Assembly: GCA_027306885.1 (NCBI GenBank)
Contig: DAHUYV010000072.1
Coordinates: 1 to 60,716 of the forward strand
Source of the DNA: Candidatus Dormiibacterota bacterium
GTDB taxonomy: Bacteria; Chloroflexota; Dormibacteria; Aeolococcales; Bog-877
Reading direction: 5' to 3'
DNA length: 60,716 nt
Below, in pieces: positions 35,850 to 46,739 of the stretch. The notes beneath the pieces are model-generated. The model had not been told where the DNA came from and did not search any database. It saw only the letters and a list, made by a program, of their open reading frames with translations. The position numbers and the translations under genes are program-made. Position 1 is the first letter of the stretch. The number at the start of each line of letters is the position of its first letter.

Positions 35850-37985
35850 CTACGGGCTGGGGGTTGCCACCCCCGTTGGCGAGGGCGTTGGCGCTGGGAC
35901 CGATGGGGTGGGAGTCGTCTCCGGCGAGATGGCTGGATAGGGTGTGGGCGTCGTTGTGGGTGCCGGTGAAGGAGCTGTCGACCCCCCTCCCAGAACTTGG
36001 GAGGTCGGCCCGGTGCCCGGCAGGTAGTAGTTGATCTCTCCGTTCTGGGAGTGGGAGGTGAGTCCGGGCGGCTCGGCGTACCACTGGTTCGGCGCTCCGG
36101 CCAGGGCCGCCTCCATGAACTGGTTCCAGAGGGAGGCCGACCCACTGATGCCGTTGAGTCCACCACCGTACATCGGAGAGTCGTTGGTGTTGCCCACCCA
36201 GTCGGCCCCGACCAGGGTGGGCGTCCAGCCGACCGCCAGGTTGTCGAGGTAGTTGTTGGAGGTACCGGTCTTGACCGCGGCCGTGTGCCCCGCCAACACC
36301 AGGGGGGTGCTGGGCCCGAAGGCGATCAGCCGGTTGCTGTTGCGGGACAACATGGTGTTCATGATGTAGGCGACCTGGGGAGTCAGCACCTGGGTGGCGC
36401 TGGTCTGGGCCTGGAAGAGCACCTGCCCCTGCTGGTTCTGCACCTGCTGGACGAAGTGCGCGGGGTGGAGCACACCTCCGGTCGCGAAGACCGAACCCGC
36501 CTGGGCCATCTCCCACAGCGGCACCGGGTAGGCGCCGAGGGTCATGCTGGGCCCGTACGAGGACGCCGGTCCGGACAGCGTCGTCACCCCCATGCCTCGA
36601 GCGGTGGCCAGGATCTGGGGAATCCCGGTCGCCAGTTCGACCCGCACCGCCGGCACGTTGAGCGAGTTGCCGAGCGCCACCTGGATCGGCACCACGCCGG
36701 CGTAGGTGCCCTCATAGTCATGCACGACAAAGGGTCCTCCCCCAGGACCCCCCGTGGGCAGGCTGTAGGGGCTGTCCCGGACCGGGGTGGTCATCGTGAC
36801 CTTGCGGTCCGCGATCGCGGTGGAATAGGTGAAGAGCTTGAAGGTGGACCCCGGCTGGCGGGGCTGCGCGGCCATGTCGATCTGACCTCCAGGGGCGCTG
36901 GCGCCAGCCCCCCCCACCCAGACCTCGATGTCGCCCGTCACGGGGTTCTCCGCCACCAGAGCCCCGTCGGTCATGTGCATCGCCCGATGGGCGGCGATGT
37001 CCGCGGTCACCAGCGCCTGCGCCTTCTGGTTGAGGGCCAGGTTCAAGCTGGTGTAGACGCGCAGGCCCATGGTGCCGTAGCTGGGGCCGTAGCGCTGCTG
37101 CAGCCAGGAGCCCACCGCGTCCACGAAATAGGGAGCGTTGTTGACCGGCGCCTCGCTCCCCGAGCCCAGCTGCGGGGCGGTGGCCAGCACCGTCCGGGCC
37201 GCGGCGGCGCTCAGGTCCCCGTACTTGACCATGGCCGCCACCACCGCCTGCTGCCGGAGGCGGGCGCCCGACATGTTGTCGAAGGGATCCAGGTAGGACG
37301 GTGCCGGCAGTAGCCCGGCCAAGAGCGTCGCCTGCTCGACGTTCAGCTGGGCGGCGCTGACGCCGAAGTAGGTCTCCGCTGCCGCCTGAATTCCCGTTGC
37401 GCCCTGGCCGAAGTAGACGTCGTTCAGGTAGTCGTCGAGGATCTGCGATTTCGAGAGGTGGGAGGTGAGTTCGTTGCCGAACAGGATCTCTTTGACCTTG
37501 TAGGTGATCGACTTGTTGTCGGTGAGATAAAGGAGCTTGGCCACCTGCTCAGGTATGGTGCTGGCCCCCTGGGCCGCACTGCGGTGCAACACGTCGAAGA
37601 TGCCGGCCTCGACGATGCGACCGACGTCGAAGCTGGGAGCGGTCCAGAAGCTGTGGTCCTCTATCGCCACCACCGCTTGGCGCATCACCGGGGCGATCTG
37701 GGCAAGGGGAACCGGTATCCGGCTGGTGCCGGGGGGGTGCAGGTCGGCGACGACCTGGTTCCCCTGCCCATAGACCACCGTGTCCGTGGGCAGCTGCCGG
37801 GGTGGCGGCAGTGAGCTGTAGGCTCGCGCCAGCGCCGTGGTGGGCACGGTCAGCACCACCGCCGCCGCCAGCACCAAGAGGGCGGCGATCGCGAGCAGCT
37901 GGCGCCAGTCGAGCGCTCCGGGTTGGTCGCGGCGTGGGCGGCCCGCGTGGGCGGACGCCCGTCGCCGTTTGTTTGTCTCAGGCAT
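35850..37985 (-). CDS. Class A penicillin-binding protein (PBP1A; transglycosylase-transpeptidase)
   Basis: TG domain AIED, GAST and YLNDVYFG; TP motifs STFK, SLN and KTG. Confidence 0.93.
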   Translation of the reverse strand: MPETNKRRRASAHAGRPRRDQPGALDWRQLLAIAALLVLAAAVVLTVPTTALARAYSSLPPPRQLPTDTVVYGQGNQVVADLHPPGTSRIPVPLAQIAPVMRQAVVAIEDHSFWTAPSFDVGRIVEAGIFDVLHRSAAQGASTIPEQVAKLLYLTDNKSITYKVKEILFGNELTSHLSKSQILDDYLNDVYFGQGATGIQAAAETYFGVSAAQLNVEQATLLAGLLPAPSYLDPFDNMSGARLRQQAVVAAMVKYGDLSAAAARTVLATAPQLGSGSEAPVNNAPYFVDAVGSWLQQRYGPSYGTMGLRVYTSLNLALNQKAQALVTADIAAHRAMHMTDGALVAENPVTGDIEVWVGGAGASAPGGQIDMAAQPRQPGSTFKLFTYSTAIADRKVTMTTPVRDSPYSLPTGGPGGGPFVVHDYEGTYAGVVPIQVALGNSLNVPAVRVELATGIPQILATARGMGVTTLSGPASSYGPSMTLGAYPVPLWEMAQAGSVFATGGVLHPAHFVQQVQNQQGQVLFQAQTSATQVLTPQVAYIMNTMLSRNSNRLIAFGPSTPLVLAGHTAAVKTGTSNNYLDNLAVGWTPTLVGADWVGNTNDSPMYGGGLNGISGSASLWNQFMEAALAGAPNQWYAEPPGLTSHSQNGEINYYLPGTGPTSQVLGGGSTAPSPAPTTTPTPYPAISPETTPTPSVPAPTPSPTGVATPSP

Positions 37986-38081
37986 GGTGTCGATTGGGCG
38001 CGGCGCGGGGCCTGGGCCTTGGCTTGCACGGTGGCCCGGCCGGGCGGGGGAGGCGCACAACACGCGCCGCGCCCAACCCTT

Positions 38082-38109
38082 CAACGCCGCTACCGCCGGT
38101 TTGGTTTCC
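38082..38109 (-). promoter_or_regulatory. Putative ECF sigma promoter upstream of the PBP1A gene
   Basis: The minus strand reads GGAAAC-N17-CGTTG. Confidence 0.5.
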
Positions 38110-38212
38110 TCCGGTCCGGGAATCGAGGTTCTGCCGGGCACGGCAACCCGCCGATGCACCACTATGACAGCGGCGGCCGAGCCCGGTCGGATCCCATCGA
38201 CGAGGTCACCTG

Positions 38213-38758
38213 ATGTCCCGACTCCTTCCCCACGAACAGGGTGAGCGCCCGGTGGTCGAGCCCTCCCGCATGCCGGTGCTGCGTCCCCCGACCCCGCGCG
38301 CGAACTGGAGGTTCACCGGGTTGGCCCTGGGCGGCCTGGCGGTGCTGGCGGTGCTGCGCCTGGCGGTGTCTCATCCCAGCCCTGCTCCGTCCCATCTCAC
38401 CCCGGCGGCGGCGGTGGCCGGCTATCTGGCCGCGACCTCGCGGGCGTCGGAGTCGCAGCTCCAGTCCTACCTCGCCCCTTCGGTCCGGGATGGGGCCGGC
38501 CCGATGCTGGCGGATCTGCGCCGCGATCGAGTCCGCCTGGTGTCCCCCTCGATCGGGGTGGCCAGTCAGCAGGGCACCACCGCCCAGGTGGAGGTGGCAC
38601 TGGAGATCTGCTACCGGAGCTCCGCCAAGGACCCTTACACCTGCGACCTGCTGAGCCATGCGCCGCTGGGTCTGCCAACCGAGATCGGGTGCCAGCTGAT
38701 CAACGGCCGTTGGTACGTCAACACCCTGCTCGAGCCCCAGCCCCTCGCGCCGTCGTAG
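38213..38758 (+). CDS. Hypothetical bitopic membrane protein with extracytoplasmic NTF2-like domain
   Basis: Short cytoplasmic tail, one TM segment, a helix-then-strands domain ending GRWYV, and 3 Cys. Confidence 0.65.
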   Translation: MSRLLPHEQGERPVVEPSRMPVLRPPTPRANWRFTGLALGGLAVLAVLRLAVSHPSPAPSHLTPAAAVAGYLAATSRASESQLQSYLAPSVRDGAGPMLADLRRDRVRLVSPSIGVASQQGTTAQVEVALEICYRSSAKDPYTCDLLSHAPLGLPTEIGCQLINGRWYVNTLLEPQPLAPS

Positions 38759-38860
38759 CGAGGAGAGAGACGGCGCCGGGCGCCCGGTTGGCGAGATGGC
38801 GCCCGATCTCGGTCACCCGACCTTGGCGCCTCCGCTCCCTCCGGACCCGCCTCCGGCGGG

Positions 38861-40276
38861 CTAACTCGCTGCTGCTTCCCCGAGGGAGGGCACCAGCTGC
38901 CTCTCAGGATTCAGCAGATGGTCGATCTCGCCCTCGGAGAGGGCGGTCCGCTGCCTCGCCACCTCGCGGACCGTCCGTCCCGTCTCGAACGCCTCGTGAG
39001 CTATGGCTGCGGCCGCGTCGTAGCCGATCGACGGCACCAGGCCGGTGCAGATCGCCAGGCCCTGCTCCAGCAGCTCGCCGCCGCGCGTGGTTGCCACCAG
39101 CCCGTCCACGGCCCGGAGTGCGAAGTTGTCCACCCCCCGGGCCAGCAACTCCATGCCCAGCAGGAGGTTGTGAGCCGCCACGGGGAGCATGACGTTCAGC
39201 TCCAGGATCGACCCCGCGGTGCCGGCGAAGCTCACTGTCGCGTCGCAGCCCAGTACCTGGGCCACCACCATCAGCAGGGCCTCACAGATGACGGGGTTGA
39301 CCTTTCCCGGCATGATCGACGAGCCGGGCTGAACCGCGGGAAGGCTGAGCTCAGCGATGCCCGCCCGCGGTCCGCATGAGAGCAGCCGGATGTCGTTGGC
39401 GATCTTGTAGGCGGAGATGGCGGCGGACCGAAGCGCCGCCGAGGCGAACACCACGGCGTCGAGGGTCGCCTGAGCCTGGAAGTGATTCTCGCTCTCGCGC
39501 AGCTCCGGGTCGTAGGCGGGCGCCAGCCGGGCCAACACCAGCCGGGCGAAGTCCGGGTGGGTTCCGATGCCCGTGCCCACCGCGGTGCCGCCCAGCGCCA
39601 CCTCTGCGAGCTGAGACCGGGCCGCCTCGAGACGAGCCAGGGACCGCTCCACCTGGCCCCTGTATCCCTCGAACTCCTGTCCCAGCCGGATCGGCGTGGC
39701 GTCCTGAAGGTGGGTGCGGCCGGTCTTGATCACCGGCCACAGGGCCTCCCGCTGGAGCTCCAGGCTGGAGTGCAGACGCTCCAGCGCCGGGCGCAGCTGG
39801 TCGCGCAGGGTGGCCAGGGCGGCGAGATGGATCGCGGTGGGGAAGACGTCGTTGCTGGATTGACCGAGGTTGACGTGATCGTTGGGATGGATCAGGGTGC
39901 GGTCACCGCGTTCCGCCCCCAGGAGCTCAAGCGCCCGGTTGGCGATGACCTCGTTGGCGTTCATGTTGGATGAGGTGCCGCTGCCGGTCTGGAAGATGTC
40001 GACGACGAATTCGGAATCGAAGCTGCCCTCCGCCACCTCTCCGGCCGCGGTCGCGATCGCCTGCGCGCGCTCCTCGGCCAGCAGCCCCAGCTCGAGGTTG
40101 ACCAACGCCGCCTCCCGCTTGATCGACCCGAGGGCCGCGATCAGGCTCCGGGGCAGCCGGAGCGTGGAGATCGGGAAGTTATCCACCGCCCGTTGGGTGG
40201 AGGCACCGTAGTAGGCGCGGGCCGGCACCTCCAACTCGCCCATCGAGTCGCGCTCCACCCTCACGTCGGCGCTCAC
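38861..40276 (-). CDS. fumC: Class II fumarate hydratase
   Basis: TGSGTSSNMNANEV, KTGRTHLQDATP and GSSIMPGKVNP; GTGA overlap with plsY. Confidence 0.93.
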   Translation of the reverse strand: MSADVRVERDSMGELEVPARAYYGASTQRAVDNFPISTLRLPRSLIAALGSIKREAALVNLELGLLAEERAQAIATAAGEVAEGSFDSEFVVDIFQTGSGTSSNMNANEVIANRALELLGAERGDRTLIHPNDHVNLGQSSNDVFPTAIHLAALATLRDQLRPALERLHSSLELQREALWPVIKTGRTHLQDATPIRLGQEFEGYRGQVERSLARLEAARSQLAEVALGGTAVGTGIGTHPDFARLVLARLAPAYDPELRESENHFQAQATLDAVVFASAALRSAAISAYKIANDIRLLSCGPRAGIAELSLPAVQPGSSIMPGKVNPVICEALLMVVAQVLGCDATVSFAGTAGSILELNVMLPVAAHNLLLGMELLARGVDNFALRAVDGLVATTRGGELLEQGLAICTGLVPSIGYDAAAAIAHEAFETGRTVREVARQRTALSEGEIDHLLNPERQLVPSLGEAAAS

Positions 40277-40953
40277 GCCTTTGAGTGTATGCCTCGATCC
40301 GGCTCCTCCGGGCCGGGCCGCCAGTCGTCGACCAGGCGCCGCCGCCAATCGTCGCCGGGGTCGTGCTTGCCCAGTGGCCAGATCCGGTACCCCTCGAAGC
40401 GGCGGAGGAGCAGGCACAGCAGCACCCCCACCGACGTGATCGAATAGGCCCTCGGGTCGCGGCTGGCCGCCAAGACCACGGGAAGGCTGAGATAGGCCAT
40501 CAGGACGCCGAGGCCGCTCCGGCGGAGCGCTCCCCCGACCGCCAGCAGGACCAAGACGCAGCCCAGGCCGATCCACGACCAGAGCGCCACCGCGCCGGTG
40601 GCGGTGGCGACGCCCCTTCCTCCGTTGTATCGGAAGTAGAAGGGCCAGCCGTTGCCGATGACGGCCATGAGTCCGGCGCCGGCCACCACCCAGGTGGGGC
40701 CGCCCAGCAGGTCTGCCGTCACAACCGGGGCCAGCCCCTGGGCGAACTGGAGCGGGCCCACCAGGGCTGCGGGGGCCAGGCCCACGGTCCGGTAGAGGTT
40801 GCTGGTGCCGATCTTGCCGGTGCCCACCCGGCGCAGGTCCACCCCGACCGCCCTCCCCACCAGCCACCCCACCGGCACACCGCCGAGCAGGTACGAGCCC
40901 GCCCACAGCAGCGCGACCCCGAGCGGTGCGTCGACCGGCCCCGCTGCCGTCAT
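40273..40953 (-). CDS. plsY: Glycerol-3-phosphate acyltransferase PlsY
   Basis: SYLLGGVP, DLRRVGTGKIGTSNLYR, GNGWP and GGRGVATATG. Confidence 0.85.
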   Translation of the reverse strand: MTAAGPVDAPLGVALLWAGSYLLGGVPVGWLVGRAVGVDLRRVGTGKIGTSNLYRTVGLAPAALVGPLQFAQGLAPVVTADLLGGPTWVVAGAGLMAVIGNGWPFYFRYNGGRGVATATGAVALWSWIGLGCVLVLLAVGGALRRSGLGVLMAYLSLPVVLAASRDPRAYSITSVGVLLCLLLRRFEGYRIWPLGKHDPGDDWRRRLVDDWRPGPEEPDRGIHSKA

Positions 40954-41834
40954 CAGCCCGGAAGTGGAAGATCCACCACTGCGGCGGCGCCGAAGAGGCC
41001 CGGGCCGGTGTGGAGGGCGATCACCGGGGTCAGGTTGAGCTGCTGGATGTCGTGGTCGCCGAACCGCCGGCGCAGGCCGTCCACCAGCTCCGGCAGAGCG
41101 GGGGCGGCATCCCCGCAGAAGACCGCCAGCCGGAGGGGGATGTCCCGGGGCATCTGCTCGGAAAGTGCGTCAACCACTGTCCGGAGGGCTCGGCGAGTGC
41201 CCTGAACCAAAGCCAGCCGGCGCACGTCGCCGCCGATGAAGCCGAATACCGGTCGGACCCGCAGGAGGTCGCTGCCGCGCCCCGCGAGCGCCGGAACCCG
41301 GCCGGAGCGCACGAGGAAGCGCATCGTCTCCAGGGTGGCGATCACCCGGGCGGAGGCCGCGACCCGGCCGACGTGGGCGGTGACCTGGTCCAGCTCCAGG
41401 CCGGCGGCGCAGGCGGCCACCGCCGCCTCCGCCACCAGGGTGAAGCCCCCGGCGGCCGTCCCGGTGTCGACGACCACCACCCGCTTGGTCGGCTGCTCGT
41501 CCCGCAGCATTTCGGCGGCCACCCGGGCGGAGCGTTCCATCGTGGAGAACCGTCCCGGGATGGTGAGGCAGACAACACACGATTGGGGTGCGGCGCGGAA
41601 GGCCTTCAGGTAATCGCCCGGGCTCGGAGAGCTGCTGGTGGGCAGCGGCCCCTCTCCTCCCAGGAGGGCGTAGAGCTCCTCACTGGAGATGTCGATCCCG
41701 TCCCGGAGGTCGCGCCCGTCCACTTCGATGGACATCGGCACCACGGTTACGAACGGGAGCTTCACCTGGTCCGGCGGCAGGCATGCGCCGCTGTCCACCA
41801 CCACCGCCGTCCGGGGCTCTGGAGAGGTGGTCAA
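40953..41834 (-). CDS. DegV family fatty-acid-binding protein
   Basis: VVDSG, PTSSSPS, FST...A, VVDT, LVRSGR and PVIALHTGPG. Confidence 0.9.
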   Translation of the reverse strand: MTTSPEPRTAVVVDSGACLPPDQVKLPFVTVVPMSIEVDGRDLRDGIDISSEELYALLGGEGPLPTSSSPSPGDYLKAFRAAPQSCVVCLTIPGRFSTMERSARVAAEMLRDEQPTKRVVVVDTGTAAGGFTLVAEAAVAACAAGLELDQVTAHVGRVAASARVIATLETMRFLVRSGRVPALAGRGSDLLRVRPVFGFIGGDVRRLALVQGTRRALRTVVDALSEQMPRDIPLRLAVFCGDAAPALPELVDGLRRRFGDHDIQQLNLTPVIALHTGPGLFGAAAVVDLPLPG

Positions 41835-43006
41835 GCTCTACTCAACGGCGCGGTCATCTCCCCCATGCACTCCCGATAGATTGACAGAAGGTGGTCGATC
41901 ATGGCCGGCATGCCGTGGCGGTCCACGGCCCGCTCTCGGGCCCGACGCGCGGTGCTCTCGATCAGCTCGGGGTCCGCCGCCAGCCGCGACAACTGGGCCG
42001 CCACCGACTGCTGCAGCTGTCCCGGGTCCAGGGGAAGGGCCCCGGCGCCGGCGGCCGCCAGCCCCCCCTCGGGAGTGGTCAGCACGGCACAACCGCTCGC
42101 CATCGCCTCCAGCAGGGAGATCGAGAGCCCCTCGGCGCTGGAGGGCAGACAGAAGACGTCACTGGCCCTCCAGAAGTCGGCGCGGCTCTCCGCGCCCACC
42201 AGCTGGCCGAGGTAGACGATTCGCTGGTCCAGCGCTGCCGCCCGACGAACCTCCCCCACCTGGCTGCCGGCGCCGGCGATCACCAGCCGGGCGCCTTCAC
42301 CCAGGTCGGAGTCGCGGAACCCGGCGAGCAGGGTGGTGATTCCCTTCTCCGGGTCGAGCCGCCCAAGGTAGCCCACGACGGGCGCTCCGCTGGCCAGCCG
42401 TTCGGCGCGAGTATCGCTGGCACCGGGGCTGAAGACTTTCGTATCAACGGCGTTGGGCACCACCACCACGCGCTGGGGATCGACTCCCAGCCGGATCAGG
42501 CGCTGCCGGTGGGGCTCGCTGAACAGGATCAGCCGCTGGTAGTGGGAAAGGCGCCGAAGCCAGAACCGGTGCACCTCCCTCATCACCAGCCCACGGCCAC
42601 TGTGCTCGGCGCCGAACGGGAGGTGAAAGGTCGCGACGGTCGCGCTGCCCAGCTCCCGAGCGAGCCCGCCGACCCAGCCGTCGTCCAGGGTGAAGCTCAG
42701 CGAGCAGTGGGTGACGTGGGGGCGCTCCCACGCCAGCCGGGCCCGCATCCGTGAACGAAACCCCGGTGTCGGCATGCTGACCGTCTTGAACCGCCAGGTC
42801 GGCCACGCGCTGACCTGAGAGGGGGGCACCGGGACCACGGCACCGTCCGCCCGAGAGTGGTGCAGGAACACCGAGCAGCCCCGCCGTTGCAGACCCAGCG
42901 CGACCTGCTCCGAGTAGGAGCTTAGGCCGTCTGCCCGCCTTCCCGAGGCGTGACCGAGGAGGGAGATCCTGAGCGGCGATCCGACCTCAGTCGTGGGCGG
43001 GTCCAC
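41831..43006 (-). CDS. GT4 family glycosyltransferase (PimA-like)
   Basis: ATFH, VPNAVD, YLGRLDPEKG and FCLPSSAEGLSISLLEAMASG; start estimated. Confidence 0.9.
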   Translation of the reverse strand: MDPPTTEVGSPLRISLLGHASGRRADGLSSYSEQVALGLQRRGCSVFLHHSRADGAVVPVPPSQVSAWPTWRFKTVSMPTPGFRSRMRARLAWERPHVTHCSLSFTLDDGWVGGLARELGSATVATFHLPFGAEHSGRGLVMREVHRFWLRRLSHYQRLILFSEPHRQRLIRLGVDPQRVVVVPNAVDTKVFSPGASDTRAERLASGAPVVGYLGRLDPEKGITTLLAGFRDSDLGEGARLVIAGAGSQVGEVRRAAALDQRIVYLGQLVGAESRADFWRASDVFCLPSSAEGLSISLLEAMASGCAVLTTPEGGLAAAGAGALPLDPGQLQQSVAAQLSRLAADPELIESTARRARERAVDRHGMPAMIDHLLSIYRECMGEMTAPLSRA

Positions 43007-43874
43007 GAAGGCGGTCCTCCCCAAACGGATACCACTGCTCGGGCCAGCGCCGCACGGTCCGCTCGAAAACCTCCAACACCGGTCGAAGACCGGACTCGGG
43101 ATCATCACCCGGGACCAGGTGTTGGGGGGGGTGGACCTCGATGAAGTAGCCCCCGGCGGGGCTTCGCACCGAGATCACCGGGATCAAGGGGCACCCGGTG
43201 TGCTCCGCCAGGCGTGATGGCAGCGCCGAAAACTTGGTGCGCCGTCCCAGGAAGTCCACCTCAACCGCCGGCGTGTCACCGGGGATGTCCGCCAGCAGGG
43301 CCACAAGGCCGCCTCCGCGGAGCGTCTCCAGCACCACGCGGGCGGACTGGGATGCCGGTACCACTCGCATTCCGATCTCGGCACGGGCCCAGATGACCAG
43401 GTCGCGCAGCGCCGGCGCCCCCTCGTCAGCCATCACCGAGGTCAGGGGCAGGCCCACCGCGCTGGCGTAGGCGCCACCGGCATCCCAGGCTCCGTGGTGA
43501 AAGAGGAGCAGGATCGCGCCCCGCCGCTCCGCCTGCAGCTGGTGCAGGATCTCCACGCCGTGAGCCCGGAACCCGGCCAGCAGGCGGGCGCGGGAGAGGT
43601 GATGCACGTACAGGAAGTCCAGACTGGTTCTGGCGTACTCCCGATAGCTGCGCGCGGCGAGCCGCCGGGCTTGGCGCCGGCCCAGCTGGGGGAACACCGC
43701 TTGGAAGTTCGCCGCGGTCACCTCGCGCCGTCGAGGCTGGAGTGCGAAGGCGGCGTTGGCGACCGAGTCTGAGATCAGGTAGCGTCGCCGCCCCAGCAGG
43801 TGGACCAGCCCCGCGGCCGCATTGAAGCCCGCCCGCAGGGCCGCCCGCGGCTGCGGCGTGGCGAGTTCCGGCAC
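42987..43874 (-). CDS. Lysophospholipid acyltransferase, LpxL/HtrB/PatA family
   Basis: HHGAWD (HX4D-like), LLAD, FLG, PSRLA and WPEQW; GTG after GACAAT-N6. Confidence 0.85.
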   Translation of the reverse strand: MPELATPQPRAALRAGFNAAAGLVHLLGRRRYLISDSVANAAFALQPRRREVTAANFQAVFPQLGRRQARRLAARSYREYARTSLDFLYVHHLSRARLLAGFRAHGVEILHQLQAERRGAILLLFHHGAWDAGGAYASAVGLPLTSVMADEGAPALRDLVIWARAEIGMRVVPASQSARVVLETLRGGGLVALLADIPGDTPAVEVDFLGRRTKFSALPSRLAEHTGCPLIPVISVRSPAGGYFIEVHPPQHLVPGDDPESGLRPVLEVFERTVRRWPEQWYPFGEDRLRGPAHD

Positions 43875-43947
43875 CCGGCGATTGTCGCATCCCGCAGTTG
43901 CCCCGCCTGGAGGGAGGACCATCGCCAGCCCTGAGCATGCTGCTGAA

Positions 43948-43972
43948 GCCAGGCTAACAGTGTTAGCCTGGC
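43948..43972. promoter_or_regulatory. Perfect palindrome, probable TetR operator overlapping a -10 box
   Basis: GCCAGGCTAACA-G-TGTTAGCCTGGC (12-bp perfect arms); contains TAGCCT. Confidence 0.8.
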
Positions 43973-43976
43973 GGTC

Positions 43977-44030
43977 ATGAAAGGAGCCATGCCCGGTCGA
44001 GACCAGCGCCCGAGCGCCGCGCCGAGTTGA
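43977..44030 (+). CDS. Candidate 17-aa upstream ORF ([17 protein letters not shown])
   Basis: ATG 7 nt after TAGCCT; internal SD AAAGGAG; the stop overlaps the TetR TTG. Confidence 0.4.
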   Translation: MKGAMPGRDQRPSAAPS

Positions 44031-44608
44031 ACGCGGTGGCCGGCACCTTTGGTCCCGGGGCCAACGAGGGACGGCGGGTCGGACCCTCCAACGCCAGGAA
44101 GGGGGAGGTGATCAGGGCGGCCCGGCGGCTGCTGCAGGAGGAGGGCCCCAGGGGGTTGACGATGCGCCGCCTGGCCCGCCGCCTGGGGATCAAGGCGCCG
44201 TCCCTCTACAAGCATCTCCCGGGCCGCCCCGCCATCGAGGCCGAGCTCCGCGAGGCCGCCTGGGTCGAGCTCGCCCTCCTGCTCCGCACCGCGGCATCCG
44301 GGCCGGGGCCGGGGGCGGCCTCTCGGCTGCTGGGGGCGTACCGCCGGGCCGCCCGCGCTGAACCTCACCTCTACCGACTGGCGATGACCGGATTGTCCGG
44401 CCCAGCCCCGACGAGCGATGCCGTCGCTCGAGTGGCCGGCGCCTTTCGCCTCGTGGCCGAGGACCCGGTCCAGAGCGGCGCTCTCTGGGGGTTGGCGCAC
44501 GGCCTGGCGATGCTGGAACTGGACGGGCGGCTGCCGGCGGGTGCTGGGACCGACCTTGCCTGGGAGCGGGCGGCGAGCTCCTTCGAAGGGATCTCCGGGC
44601 CGCACTGA
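44027..44608 (+). CDS. TetR/AcrR family regulator (WHG-type C-terminus)
   Basis: [23 protein letters not shown] and LWGLAHG. Confidence 0.92.
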   Translation: MNAVAGTFGPGANEGRRVGPSNARKGEVIRAARRLLQEEGPRGLTMRRLARRLGIKAPSLYKHLPGRPAIEAELREAAWVELALLLRTAASGPGPGAASRLLGAYRRAARAEPHLYRLAMTGLSGPAPTSDAVARVAGAFRLVAEDPVQSGALWGLAHGLAMLELDGRLPAGAGTDLAWERAASSFEGISGPH

Positions 44609-44700
44609 CCGGGCCGGTGGGGCGCGCAGGGGCTGGGGGGCTCACCACGGACTACACGTGCGGTGGCCCCGGAAGCGGCGCCCGGCGCTACCTTGGCGGG

Positions 44701-46695
<1,995 letters not shown>

Positions 46696-46739
46696 CCCCC
46701 CGCCAGCGTCGAGGCCGAGGTCGCCGTGGAGGAGTGCCG

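Noticed and set aside
38861-40906. Apparent 681-aa fumarase with an N-terminal extension
   Set aside because: The extension is an alternative frame over plsY. A GTGA overlap at 40273-40276 marks the real start.
42987-43874. Lipid A / outer membrane inferred from the LpxL-like acyltransferase
   Set aside because: The family includes monoderm PatA-type enzymes, no lpx genes are nearby, and the context is GT4/DegV/PlsY.
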